Part shown: one piece after another, positions 13,580-26,181 of the stretch
Layout of the letters: each line of letters opens with the position of its first letter
How positions within the stretch are numbered: the stretch's first letter is position 1
Source: Azolla caroliniana
Taxonomy: Eukaryota > Plantae > Polypodiophyta
DNA: 64,000 bases
Direction of reading: 5' to 3'
NCBI GenBank assembly: GCA_043228905.1
Contig: JBHGNT010000005.1
Coordinates: 558,001 to 622,000, forward strand
Notes under the pieces: generated by a model
Databases searched by the model: none
What the model saw: only the letters and a program-made list of their open reading frames with translations
What the model was told of the DNA's origin: nothing
Translations under genes and position numbers: made by a program

Positions 13580-13805
13580 TAAGATTTGGCAACAACTCAA
13601 TTCAAGCCTAAACTGAGCCATCAAATAGTTTATAAACGGTTTGGCAGTTCGGTTCGGTTTGGCAAGGCTCAAGCCGAACTGAATTGAATTGGACCAAACC
13701 GGTTTACAAATTGGTTAAGGCTAAACGGTTTGTCCAAACCGGATTGGCTAGAGTTTGAATACTTCCAATTTGGTTAGCCCAAAACTGAACTATTGTCGAT
13801 TCCTA
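13580..13805. mobile_element. hAT-like MITE rich in AACCG/CGGTT subterminal motifs
   Basis: Dense ggttcggttcggtttgg, ccaaaccgg and aaactgaac motifs. Imperfect ends taagatttggcaa...ttgtcgattccta resemble TAGGGnTGnCAA-type hAT termini. Confidence 0.5.
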
Positions 13806-14642
13806 TACGCATACGTAAAGGCTACACAATCTAAAGCATCACCTAACCCTAAGTTTGGCATTGTAAAATAAATTGCAAAGTGACAAAATATTATTGTGAT
13901 TGTTCTTTAAAGGGTTAAGTTAATGGAAACTTTCAAGGATTTGAAATAAGTTAGACATTCATAAATAAAAGCGACTACAGAAACATGGGATCATGCGCTA
14001 AATCCCAATGGGAAAACGCTGCCTTTACACATCAAGACATTAGATGTACCCACAAATTATTGCTCACAATGCAAGAGGTTAATATTAAGGTTGCAATCTT
14101 CACTAATGGGTCAATGGTCTATTTATTATAATAATTGTATGTTGTTTTTTTGTAGTAATTGTATATTGCTAGATCATACATAACATATTTTGCTCCTAGA
14201 TAATTGCTTTACAATTGCCATTGATAGTGAGTGAAAATGATAGCATTTCCCTTAAAATGGATGCTAATAGATCAATTCTCGAGTCAAAGCTTTAAAATGT
14301 CATACAAAAGTTGTTGTAAGGGACAAAGAGAAATTCCAAATTTATCCACAAAAGTGCAACATGGCAAAAAAATGTGTTTTTATGTACAGAAAACATGGAG
14401 ATGGGAAGTTCAACGAAAATTCCGAGCCTATTGTATTCAATATGGTACGCATTTCTTCTAAGAGATTTTAGCTCTTCAATATGAGTTACGAGAGTTCAAC
14501 ATTGTAAACAATTTAAGGAAATCCTACTGTGTAGTAGAGCATTGTCACAACTTCAACTGTACACACGTAATGAAGATAGATGCACACAATTTTAACATTT
14601 AGGGGAAATGTATAATCATGTTGCATGCATACACCACATATG

Positions 14643-14829
14643 CCCCACCTTAAGCTAATAATATCCAAGCCAGTGTTCTTTAAGTTTTCATGACCAGGAT
14701 ATCGACCACGTGACATCCAACAATAATTTTGGTTCATATGTCCCACCTTAAGCTAATATACTCCAAGACAAGGTTGTCCTAGTCCTTTTGGGTGACTCAT
14801 AGATGAATCATGTGACATCCAACAATAAA
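14643..14829. repeat. Two-copy ~100 bp duplication
   Basis: cccaccttaagctaata and gtgacatccaacaataa each occur twice in the same order. Confidence 0.7.
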
Positions 14830-15980
14830 CGCAAGCAATCACTCAATGTCAGACCCGACAAAGAGTTAACATTCTTGTAGAAATATGGGCTATATTTTTT
14901 GGTTAATATGAATTCATAAAAGTAATGGACTTCCACGATTAAAGTAGAGTCATGGTTTGTGGTGTAACATTCATGCAACTTTATGTTGATAAGGATTAAA
15001 AAAACATGTACCAATAAACATTAAGGATGAATTCATGAGCAAAGCAATTGGGAAAATAAGTTTTTTGCCAACATTTCCCCCCACATGTAACAATATTGAG
15101 AATGTAAATTGACATAATGTGCTCTACATGGCTTGCCAAGCTCATGCATATTTATTTTCACGTTTTCCTCCTACAAGGTCAAGCAATAGGTTAATTAACC
15201 AAATATATTCACGAATGTATTCTCCTCCAATGAAAAATGGATGGTTTGAAAAGAGATCCATGTGTCATAGAAAGAGAAATAGTAATGGGACACGCACACA
15301 ATCATCCAAAGAGATGGGGTCGATTAGCACCTCCTCGAATCTTGATATAAAGAGATAGATAAGTAATTATTTGAGATAACAATAATCCATTTGGCATGCC
15401 GAAAGGGCATCTCGTAACATCACCTTTCTTCTTTTGTTAATTAAAGTACATGTTATGCCAATGTTGATTTGCAATCACTTTTCTTCTTTTAAATAGACCA
15501 ATTTAGCCATTGATAATTCAATCCTCCGTCACCTCTATCCATATTTGTGTGTTCAAGATATTCACGTGTTTCGATAAGATGTAATGGGATCCGGGTAAGA
15601 GTGGTTGTTCCATTTAAATATTAGACTAACACGAGCATCCGTGAAGAGGAGTGTTAATTCAATACACTGGAATGCCACATGTGGATATTGATATTATGAT
15701 TGGAATAAAAGACATGCCAATGCAAGTTGATGATCAACTCGTGTCGACAACACACATCTTGTTGCTCCAACTTTATTGCTTTCTTTAGCTTAATATGCAA
15801 TGAAAACCTTAGTTCTCTCGAGTAATCATGGTAGGCCAATGCAAAGACCATCCATCTAGTTTGTTCCAACTCATGATTTCATTCCATATATGAAACAAAA
15901 CAAAGTTGACAACAACAAACTCCACCCTCCACCTGAACCAATATTCTTTTGTATTAATCCTTGACTTCGCAACAATGAAC

Positions 15981-16004
15981 TAAACCCTAAACCCTAAACC
16001 CTAA
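15981..16004. repeat. Interstitial plant telomeric repeat (CCCTAAA)~3
   Basis: taaaccctaaaccctaaaccctaa. A shorter TTTAGGG pair lies at ~11684-11700. Confidence 0.85.
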
Positions 16005-16536
16005 TCACGGTAGAATATACCCTCACTCGAAACAAGTACTCAAAACCGTCAACTTGACAACAATGTTGTGTGCATCGAGTATTAACAAACAATTGTGAAT
16101 AACAAATAATAAATTTAAGAGAGTAGATATTTCCTTTAACACAACATAGGATCAATCATGAACCATGCACTTAAGAGTTTGGGACTATGTCATGCTTCCC
16201 CAAGCTCTTCAACACAATCCAATCTGAATAATTGTAACTTGTAAGGTTTTGAAAATTCACCAAGTTTGAAAAAAAGTGAAAAATGTTCTAAGTTCATAAA
16301 CGACAAACCTAAGGGGGATGTAGGAGAGTTAGACACCAATCCCTTCAGAGACCACCCAACCAACCAGTACATGCGATGCACCCAATCGACTAAACCTTCT
16401 CTTCCTCAAAGGACATACGCCACTACTAGTGTGAGCAATCCAAAGCTTCTCAAGCTCTGTGAAATGCACACATCATCGATGTACTCCGGATGGGTTACAA
16501 GAACTACGAGCTTCATGGGTTCACATAACTTTATTG

Positions 16537-16537
<1 letters not shown>

Positions 16538-16603
<66 letters not shown>
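16538..16603. repeat. Compound microsatellite (CT)n(CA)n, possibly within an LTR remnant
   Basis: Read directly from the sequence. The flanks (~16320-16860) are GC-richer and LTR-like. Confidence 0.85.
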
Positions 16604-16605
<2 letters not shown>

Positions 16606-18600
16606 TCTGATGATGACAACTTGGAATTAATGCACACAACTTGGAATTAACGCACACGACAGGAATGTTTGATGTGCTCTTAGAGGTTCGATTGGATGCC
16701 GATTGCTTGGGATAACAAAACGTGGTCTCGGTCATGAAATATGTCGATACAATGAATGAGGAAGGCGAGGAGGTGGTGGTGGGGGGGGGGTGGCCTCAGG
16801 AAGTGCAGCTCGTGAAATCGCGACGTAGTATGTCAAGCACGCGCCAGCCGAATGGATATCCACCACACTTAAAAAAGAGAGAGAAGAGGAATTCTAATGT
16901 GAAAGAGCATCTTATTTGCATGTGGGCTTGGCTTTAGATATCATACAAAATTCATGCAATAAGAAAGAATGATAAGGTTTTCTTTTCTTCCTAATGACAA
17001 AATGTTATATGTTTAATTGGAAAGCATATGAACATAATAAAGACAGAAAATTAGGGGGGGGGGAGAGGGAGGCCTCAAACATGCTCTCAAATTTGGAAAG
17101 AACCTCCTTCTCCTCCTCCTCCATCACTTTCAATCTTGATGAGGCTCTGTTTCTTTTTTCCTTTCTGTGCATATAGTAGGAGATTTGAACCCATGTCTAT
17201 TTGGTTCTCCTGTATGTCGCCATGGCCATAGCTATAACTTCGTCCTCGTAGTAGAGACACTTATGATTTGAGGAAAATGTAGAACGAGCCGGGCGATTCA
17301 CTAAGAGAATCTTCTGCTTAATTGAGTCAATCAATCAATCAATCAACCAGAAAAAGAAACGACACTGCGTTCTTATCACAAAATCTCTCCTCCCCAACAT
17401 ACATATACATATGTGTTTTATTTTTCTCCTTCATAAGTACGGAATAAATTAAGTATAAAATACATATACAAATATGTACATCTATAAGCATACATATGTA
17501 TATGAAATATGGATAGAAATACGGTCACACATACACCCATAAATACATCTATAAATATCCTTCCGTTAGTAAAAAAAAAAAACCCATTTATTCCCCTAAT
17601 TCAATCTGTTTTGATTTTGGTCCTATTTTATTTTCCTTCCTTTTCTTCTTCATAATTCGGTTTTCTTCCTCTCTCTCTCTACATATTTTCTTTGATTTTG
17701 ATTTGGGGTTTCTTTGCACCACACACACACACACACACACACACGCACGCACTCTATCTCTCTCCTCTCTCTTTATATTTTCTTTGATTTGGGGTTTTGG
17801 TCTCCTCTATATTTTCATCGATTTTGGATCCATTGTTTCCCTTATAAATCCATACTTGTTCCAGTAATTCTGAGTTTTTGTTTTCGTTCGTCCATTCATT
17901 CACCACTGTCCCCCTCTCTATTGCCTTCATTTTTGGGCGTTTCTTTTGATTACTCTGATTTGAATTGTTGTTCTTGACCAGTCGGATTTTTTGCTCTACT
18001 ATTTTCTGCAATTCGTTTGGTTTCCAGCTATACCCTCTCTTTACCTGTGATTGGGAATTTTCAGGTTTAGGTTTTCTTTTTATAGCGCTGTTTTATATTT
18101 CGGGTTTTCCGTCATTTTTATGCGACTCTCTGTTTTTCTTTCCAAAACTCCGTTGTCCTCTGATTTGGGTTTTTCTTTTCTTTATTTTTTCATTGAATCT
18201 GCCATAATCTCTGATTATTCATGAGAGAAATCCTTCCAGCTATTCTTCATCTGTTACATATCTTTAATTAATATACCGGCTCTTGATTCTCTTTTATAAA
18301 CTCTTAAACTGCATGTTTTTCAATGTTTATAATAATCTCTCTGTTTTTCTATGCCCATAATATCTCCATTTGTACGATAGAGAGATAGAGACAAGAGGAA
18401 TTGGTTCATTATTCTTGGAGAGCCATTACATATTCATGTTGGGAAGTAGCGTAAAAGAGCTCTTTGTCGCTCCCCATAGCTTTTCTCTACTGGTTTTGAT
18501 ACAGTATATAGACATGGTTAAGCTTCAATCTTCTCCAATATCAATAAAGATAGTATTTATGTATAAGAAGGGAGTGCCCATCATCAGTAGTTTGATCTTC

Positions 18601-21600
18601 ATGTCTCCCCAAAATACTCACGATGAACATGGACAAACTAATGGCAATGTTGATGCTAATGGAAATATGGGGATGCATAACACAGGATCGTTTAACCACC
18701 CAAATGCTAATGACAAGATGTCATGCCAAGTTCTTATTGAAAAAGAAGGTAATGCTCTCTATAACTGCAGAGTGACACCATGCATTCCTTCTAGTAGAGT
18801 TGCTTCATCAGAGTCTTGCAGCGGGATGGAGGCTCATTTACATGTTGTAAACATAGGTGAAGTTAGGGGTATATTCAAAGGTCAACCCCTCATGGTCGAC
18901 AAGAACCATATTGATTATGGTAGAAGCAGAAGACATGCCAATACATGTGGGCAATTCCTAATGATCAACAAGAATCTTGGCTTCAGTGAAAGAAAGCTTG
19001 CCAATGGATGTGTCCCTTACATAGGGCAATACCTCATTCTCGATAAGAGACACATAGCTTTTGGTTTTAGTAGAAGAGGGTATGACAATAGGTACATATA
19101 CAAAGGGAATTGCCTCATGATAAAAAAGGAGCATACTGTGTGTGATAGAAGAATGCATGCTCATGGATTTGTCTTCACGATCAAGAAGAAACATGATTGC
19201 TGTAGAAGAAAGCATGTCAATGGACGTGTCTACCACAAAGGACAATGGCTCGTGATCAAGATGAAGAATATTTCTTTTGGTAGGAAAAGGCATTTTAGCA
19301 ATGGAGAGGATGTGCATAATGAAGGGGCATGGAAATCTGATACCCTGGATAGCATTGGCATGGAGAATAATGGAGTTTGGAAAGGGCCCCAATTGATGCG
19401 GATGAGTGCCTTTCTATCATGGCCAAAAGTTGATTCATTACATGATAACTTTGCCTTCTTAACGGAAGTATTTGGTGGTCATGATATGATCAAGGCCACA
19501 CTTGATGCAACTGAAAGTCCTAAAATAAGTTCTCTACCGCATGTACAAGGACTGAGTCCTAGTCAAGGTGTTGTTGAGAACAACAAAGAAGACCCATCAC
19601 ATGTTGGCAGCCTTTCCCTCATAGGGGATGCAGTTGGTAACCAAACTTACATGATAAAGGAAAAGAGAAAACCGGGTGAGATTATAGACAAGGGACATCA
19701 AAGCTATGACTTAATGTTGAACTTGCAGCTTGGAATCAGGTTTTTGATCGCAAATTTCTGTATTATGAAATACAATGTGATAGTGTGTGTTGGCTTAATA
19801 AAACCTAAACCTTAGACATGCAAGTATATTTGCTTGGTATAACTGAACCCTAAATCTCCATGTTTTTACAGGTATTCGGTTGGCAAAGTTACACCACAGT
19901 GTAGGAAAAGTCTCACTCGCCAGGACTTTTGCTCAAAATTTAATATTAGTTTGAGCTTCCCTAGATATGGATCTCGGATGACCCCTCCCCACCAGTCGAC
20001 TGACTTCAAGTGGAAGGATTACTGTCCTACGGTTTTCAGGTATCACAAATTTGTCAAAAGTGCAGATACATTATTACATTATATTTGTAGTAATTCTAAA
20101 CCCTGTGGATTTTGAAAAAACTTTGTGATATAGTAAAGTTTAAACCCTAACCACAAACTCTGATGTATGGATTTGAAAACTTTGACACATGGTACTAAAT
20201 GTATTATAAGCCCCAAACCTTAAAGTATAGGATTTGAAAACTTTGTGACATGGCAGCCCTTAAAACCACAATGTATTTAAAACTTTAAAACTTTGTGAAT
20301 TGATAAGATGCATAAATATTCCTACACTATACCTAATAATAATTGGTGTCATTGCTTTGGCACTTTCTTTATTTCATGGGTGGAAACAATAATACATACT
20401 TTTCTGATTTCAAATTTGGAAAGAGTTTTATTTTCTTTTATGTTTAACTTACGGTGATCTTGTCCAGGTACCTAAGAGAAACATTCAAGATTGATGCAGC
20501 CGATTACATGTTATCCATATGTGGGAATGATGGACTGCGAGGGCTCTCGTCTCCGGGAAAAAGTGGGAGTGTTTTCTATCTCTCTCACGATGAGCGCTAC
20601 ATGATTAAAACGCTCCGGAAAACTGAAGTAAAGGTATCATGCAATCTAGATTGTATGAAAAGAGTAAAGCCAACTTAATGGTCTGGCCAAACCTAACATT
20701 TCTCTTTAAAATTCTTTTTCTATGGATATGGATGTAGGTGCTTCTTAGGATGCTCCCAAGGTATTATAAACATGTGCAAAAATATGAAAGTACACTACTT
20801 ACAAGGTTCCTTGGACTTCATAGGATCAAAACCATGGGAGGTCAGAAGGTATAATTTGTCGATCAATTCTCTAAACTTAGTGGAAATTTACCAAAACATC
20901 TCTATATAGTGAAAATTTGAAGCCCACGGGATTGCTCTGATAATGCTTGAAAACCAAGGGGTAATTCTTGCAATTATCTGAGAACTTAAGGGATTCAAGT
21001 ATTTTTCCCACCAATATTAGTAGCACTGCTAAGGCTGCTATATGGCGATTTCATTTTGTATTTGATGCGGGAAGGGCTGATCATGTGTTCTTTTTCTTTT
21101 TTTCTGTAGGTTAGATTTGTTGTAATGAGGAATGTCCTATCCACGGATTTGTGGATTCATAAAAAGTTTGATTTAAAAGGGTCTTCCCATGGTCGATCAA
21201 TAGGGAATGTAAATGCTAACGAGCATACAACACTGAAGGATTTAGATCTGGATTATGTGTTTCGAATTGAGCAAAGGTTGGGAGATTTGATTTTGAGGTA
21301 ATTGTTGTTTATTTGTTCATCATTTGCTGCTCTATTTTCATCCATTTGTTGATGAAACTTTTATCTTCCATTTCTATTTTAATGCTTTTTCAGTCAAGTA
21401 GCTGAAGATTGCAAGTTTCTTGAGTCCGAACATATTATGGATTATAGCTTGTTATTGGGTGTGCATTTCAAAGAACCTTGTAGAAGACCAGCTCAGACAG
21501 ATGACTGCAAGTATGACTTCACACTTCACGAGATGGCAAGTTCGCGATTCAACGAAAATAGCGGTATAATATAGTGTCTTTTGGCTTGTAAGAATTCATA

Positions 21601-22314
21601 TTTGCATGTCATGGACATAAAATAATGAGCTATACTGTCTTGCATTGCCTCTATGTGTTTGTTGTTCACATTATTTATCAGATTATGATAGTGTTAATCC
21701 AACAATTGTTACTCCCTGCCAATTGCCAGCTAAAATTAACATTAAAACTTATCTACAGGCAAATTTGTGGAGATTAACATGGGGTCAAAATGTCTACCTT
21801 TGAGCTATTTAAGATTCAAGCAAGGACTTGGCATTGACACTCTGGACTACGATGATTTAAAATGTGATGCCATCAATAATGCAGATATTGGCCAAATGCT
21901 TCATCAAGAAGAAAGGTGATACTAAAACCTTTTGTGTAGCTGGTTGTGGTAGGTACAAAAACTAATCAGTCAATTGATTTTTTTAAAGACTAATTGATAC
22001 AAACTTTGCTTGCCAGGTTAACTGTACAAATAGGTTCGGACATGCCAGCGACAGCTTGTCAAAGAATTAATGTTAATGGTGGAAATGAATGTTATGAGGA
22101 CCCTCATGGTGGCAATGATGTCATGCTGTACTTTGGGATAATCGATATTCTTCAAGAGTACAATATGGGCAAGAAATTAGAACATGCCTATAAATCTCTA
22201 CAGTTCGATTCACATTCCATATCTGCAGTTGATCCGGCATCATACTCTCGAAGGTTCCAGCGGTTCATGCATGAAATATTCCGTTATGGCCAAGATGATG
22301 AGGCGAGAATATGA
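18601..22314 (+). CDS. PIP5K: Phosphatidylinositol-4-phosphate 5-kinase (plant type B-like) with degenerate MORN-like N-terminal repeats
   Basis: Exons ~18601 (start uncertain; the frame is open from 18370)-19739, 19872-20039, 20468-20633, 20738-20848, 21110-21297, 21394-21563, 21759-21915 and 22017-22314, all GT-AG and in phase. Motifs: [94 protein letters not shown]. Confidence 0.93.
20095..20300. repeat. Degenerate tandem repeat in PIP5K intron 2
   Basis: About four copies of aaacc(c)t...ggatttgaaaactttg(t/a)ga. Confidence 0.6.
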
Positions 22315-22362
22315 TTTTACAAAGAGGAATAAGTATTCAGGAACCTTTTTGGGTTGTAATGT

Positions 22363-22710
22363 ATTCCTCTATTTCCATTATCTCTAAACGATTTGGAATT
22401 AGTACTTCAGGAGGGCTGAGCATTTCATGCATTGAAATGTTTCACTGGATTCTCTGTCACTGTCTATATCAGAGATCTGGCATTGGAGGACCCTGACAAT
22501 CATCCATGAATGAGAGCTAAAAGATTTTGGGGTGATAATGAATTCCTCCATTCCCATTATCTCTAATAGATTTGGAATTAGTACTTGGGGAGGGCTGAGC
22601 ATTTCATGCATTGAAATGTTTCACTGGATTCTCTGTCATTGTCTATATCAGAGATCTGGCATTGGAGGACCGTGACACTCATGCGTGAATTGTCATGAAC
22701 GAGAGCTAAA
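22363..22710. repeat. Two-copy ~180 bp near-identical tandem duplication in the PIP5K 3' region
   Basis: gatttggaattagtactt...gagggctgagcatttcatgcattgaaatgtttcactggattctctgtca(c/t)tgtctatatcagagatctggcattggaggacc occurs twice. Confidence 0.92.
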
Positions 22711-25032
22711 TCTCCATGCTATCCAAATCTTTGAAGCAAAAGCATCTAATGATAAGGGTAGAGGAAGGGGAGGGCTTGAGGCAAGGTGAAACATCCTTCC
22801 CAGCCAAAGTAACTCAAATATATGCCTTCTTTGAATCAAAGGATGAAGGGCTAAAATTATGCAGGCTCAACTGATCGAATATGTAGTGACTACGAGCACA
22901 AAAGTTATCGGCTTATGAAACAGGCTTCCCCAGGCAGATGTCGAGCTTCATCATCATGATAAGAAGCATAAACCTTTGCAAATTTTTCATGATGACCTTG
23001 CTTGGGCTGTTACGCATTTTTTGTACTAATAGATGACATTTTTCATCAACATCTCACGCACAGCAAATGTCACACTTTGTGATTGAGCTGATAAATTTTG
23101 AACATAAGAGTTTCCTTGCTAGTAAGACCCTTATCTTACCACCACATAAGATGTAAAAACTTTTGAAGGGGCTTGCAACATCAATTTTGTTATATATTTC
23201 AAAGAGTTAGTTTCGTGAAGATTTCAAAATTGCATTTTTGGTTGGGTGGTGTGGCCATGTATTGTGATCCTATATGTCATAATGTATGACAGAAGGGCTA
23301 CTTGACCCCATGCTGTTAAACATGCCATGCACTGGGTCATTGCAGTAAACCTTAAAGCTTCAATTGTTTATAGTCAAAACAAATGTATCTATTACACTTA
23401 CATCTTTTGGAATATGTAAAACCTGACCCATTTGAGTTTGTGGATGATATTAAGAACTCACATTGCTGAATATAACCTGTGGTATTTGTAACAACCAATA
23501 TAAGCATTGTGTCCTCTTTGATAAGTGTGATTAAGCTAAGAGGTTATTTTTAAACTAATAAAAATTGATATTTTAAACCAAGTGCTTAATCCACGAACTT
23601 AATACATAGCTCTTCAATACATTAACATAACCGATTGCAAGGTTGTTGGGAAAATCAAACATGGAGATGTTTGAAAATCTGTCCATTTGGGAGTAGTAAA
23701 TCTGGAAGGAAACTTGATCCTTTGGCAACAATGATAAAATTGCAACAGTTGATTCATATTGGATCCAGTAAATGGCTAGTGTTTCAGGACACTATTGCTA
23801 GGATATTGAGAATTCTCTTAGTAATGCTCTAGTTATTAATGTAGTTTCATAGTATACAACCACCCTTTCTCCTTTCATGGTACAACAATACAATCTCAAC
23901 ACCTGATTCATATTTGAGTTAGTAAATAAGGAGTGTTTGGGAACACCAATGTTGGGGTATTGAGAAATCGCGTAGTGATGCTCAACTTTTTAATATAGTT
24001 TCCTAGTATACGCCCACCCTTTCTCGTTGGATGGTAATGAACATGTTACATGAAGTTGTCAAAACCTCATGATTGAAAACATGAAAACATGTGAAACCTT
24101 GAAAACCCACCATTGTTGTCATGATGCATTGTGTCAATGACATTGAGTTTTGACAATGTGTGAATTCTATGTAGACATTACTTCCATGCATGCTTGAATT
24201 CCACTACTTGCTATTTCCTATTATACCCACATTTATTAAAAAATGGTCCAAACTTGTCTATTAAAAAAGACTTGATGTAGTAACGTTGATCCTAAGCACA
24301 TTGAGACGAGTATTTAACATGTTTTCGGCATTTCTCGTGGGCAAAATAACATATAAAATGTCTGATGAGACGTGTACCACAAGCTAGTGATCTAAACTCA
24401 AATGCTTTAGATCCTTTTGATACCATACCTTGACTCAAGAAATAATGCATTGGGTTCGGGGATTCAAAGTCACAACTGGCCTCCTCATCGTGGGAACACC
24501 CCCTTTTTTCTAAGCCATTTTCGTAATTGAACCTTAGTTTCTTTTTCAACCAAACAAAGAATTGTTTTGATCAACACATAATTGTGGAGTACACATAATT
24601 GTGGAGTGTACAAATGAAAAGATAGAAACAAAAAGGTTTCATGGGTAAACGTTCCTCATCTTCCGTTGGTGATAAAGTTGGATTGTTGATTGTCATAATC
24701 AGGCACATACCATAGGATCGAGTCACATTTAGATATAATAATGTAGTATATTTTGAAGAGCAAAGAGGATTACAAAACAAATTCACGGAAGAAAAGAACT
24801 GATTTTGGTGGGGGGTAAATCAATGTAGTTAAAATCTGGTTTCTTACCATAGAGACTTTATTGTTTTAACTACATATAGATTGCAATTTGCAATGACGAC
24901 AATTTCTAGCTAGTTAAATTAGTGATAATGAATTTATACTATATAAGTTTCTAGTAATGTTGATGACAAGAGCCAAGTGGGTGGTCAGTCTTTAAGTTAA
25001 GTGAAAGAGTGTAATGTGTTGGTCATGAAACC

Positions 25033-26181
25033 TTATAATGATAGATGTAGCCCCAAATCCACATCACCCTGCAAGCTTGAACTACAAGGCGATGTCAATG
25101 GATTCCATATAGCTCGGAATGCATCGAGTGGAAGCTTCTGGCAATGTGATTCTGTGATCTGCCTAATCGGGAGTGCAAACTCCCTTTTGCTTATCTGTGT
25201 CGGATGCAATGGGTGTTTGCATATGTAGCGAGGTTGGAGAATCGTTGTCTTCTTCAAATTGTTGAAGTAGCGGAACGAAACATGCCTAGATGTTTTGCAT
25301 TGTGGGCACTTGGGGACGAGCCTCTTGAAGTGGTGCTGCAATCTTTTGACCATGGGTCGAGTCAAGGCACGGAGTGAGCTTCGTTTGTCGGGCATCGACA
25401 TGGTTGTCACTAAATGCTCGAAAAGCTTATCCTCAGCCTCCTCCTCTGGTTTTGGCATATGAAGGTGTGTGTGACATTGTGGGACACATTGGGCCACATT
25501 GTCATGGGCACATTGTTGTGGTAGACTTGCAGCAGCAGGCCTTGGAAGTTGCTGATTCAACTGGCCAAATTGGTGCACTGTTTTTGGGAGGAGGAGAGTG
25601 GTCAATGGTGTGAATGGACTCGGTTGATGCATTGGAATTGGAAACTGCTGCATTCTGGTGCATTCTGGATGAGTCCTGTGAGGATCATCCATGCCCTCCT
25701 CATCAATCTGTGATTCGTTAAGGTCCACACCTTCAAGTTTAGGGCCATGTTGCTCCACAGTGATGAAATTGTTGGCATGTCCATCACACACATCTTCGAC
25801 TTGTCCACATGGGCCACCACCATCCCTCTCTACCTTCATTTGCAAGCCATTGGAACTGTCCAAACTCGCATCTACCTGCGATGGATCCATGGCCTCGTGG
25901 TGATGATGATGATCACGCAGGGGGAGAGCAGTGCAGAGCATGGCAGAGACAGGGTCCAGATTGGCTATGTCCATGAGATCAAGCCTGCTCAAATCCAGGA
26001 TGTAGAGGCGCTCCGTATTATCATGGCAACGGATTCTTAGCACATATAATTTCTGACACATCTTCTGATGCACAATAAAGATTTCTTCTTCTTCTTCTTC
26101 TGCTGCTACTGCTGCTACTGCTTCTTCTTCGTCAATCATCCGCATCATCATCATCTTTCTCCTGCTTTTATAAGCAAGCAT
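25033..26181 (-). CDS. Intronless 382-aa protein with a divergent Dof-like zinc finger (putative transcription factor)
   Basis: Long open frame with acidic, His-rich and Gln/Pro-rich low-complexity segments. The C-terminal CPQCKTSRHVSFRYFNNLKKTTILQPRYICKHPLH resembles the Dof consensus CPRC.S..TKFCYYNNY...QPRYFCK.C. Confidence 0.75.
   Translation of the reverse strand: MLAYKSRRKMMMMRMIDEEEAVAAVAAEEEEEEIFIVHQKMCQKLYVLRIRCHDNTERLYILDLSRLDLMDIANLDPVSAMLCTALPLRDHHHHHEAMDPSQVDASLDSSNGLQMKVERDGGGPCGQVEDVCDGHANNFITVEQHGPKLEGVDLNESQIDEEGMDDPHRTHPECTRMQQFPIPMHQPSPFTPLTTLLLPKTVHQFGQLNQQLPRPAAASLPQQCAHDNVAQCVPQCHTHLHMPKPEEEAEDKLFEHLVTTMSMPDKRSSLRALTRPMVKRLQHHFKRLVPKCPQCKTSRHVSFRYFNNLKKTTILQPRYICKHPLHPTQISKREFALPIRQITESHCQKLPLDAFRAIWNPLTSPCSSSLQGDVDLGLHLSL

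Noticed and set aside
16190-16937. Several overlapping 60-114 aa ORFs
   Set aside because: They stay open because of dinucleotide microsatellites (HTHT, CVCV, ERER) and contain no protein motifs.
17178-17200. B-box-like GGTTCAAATC motifs (also near 28020-28070, 46106 and 55285) suggesting tRNA genes
   Set aside because: No cloverleaf or matching A-box could be built. At most these are decayed SINE heads.
18958-19392. 144-aa antisense ORF inside PIP5K exon 1 (similar shadows occur in the Dof-like, HHO, TAG, PPR and copia regions)
   Set aside because: Shadow ORFs of real coding sequence with no independent support.
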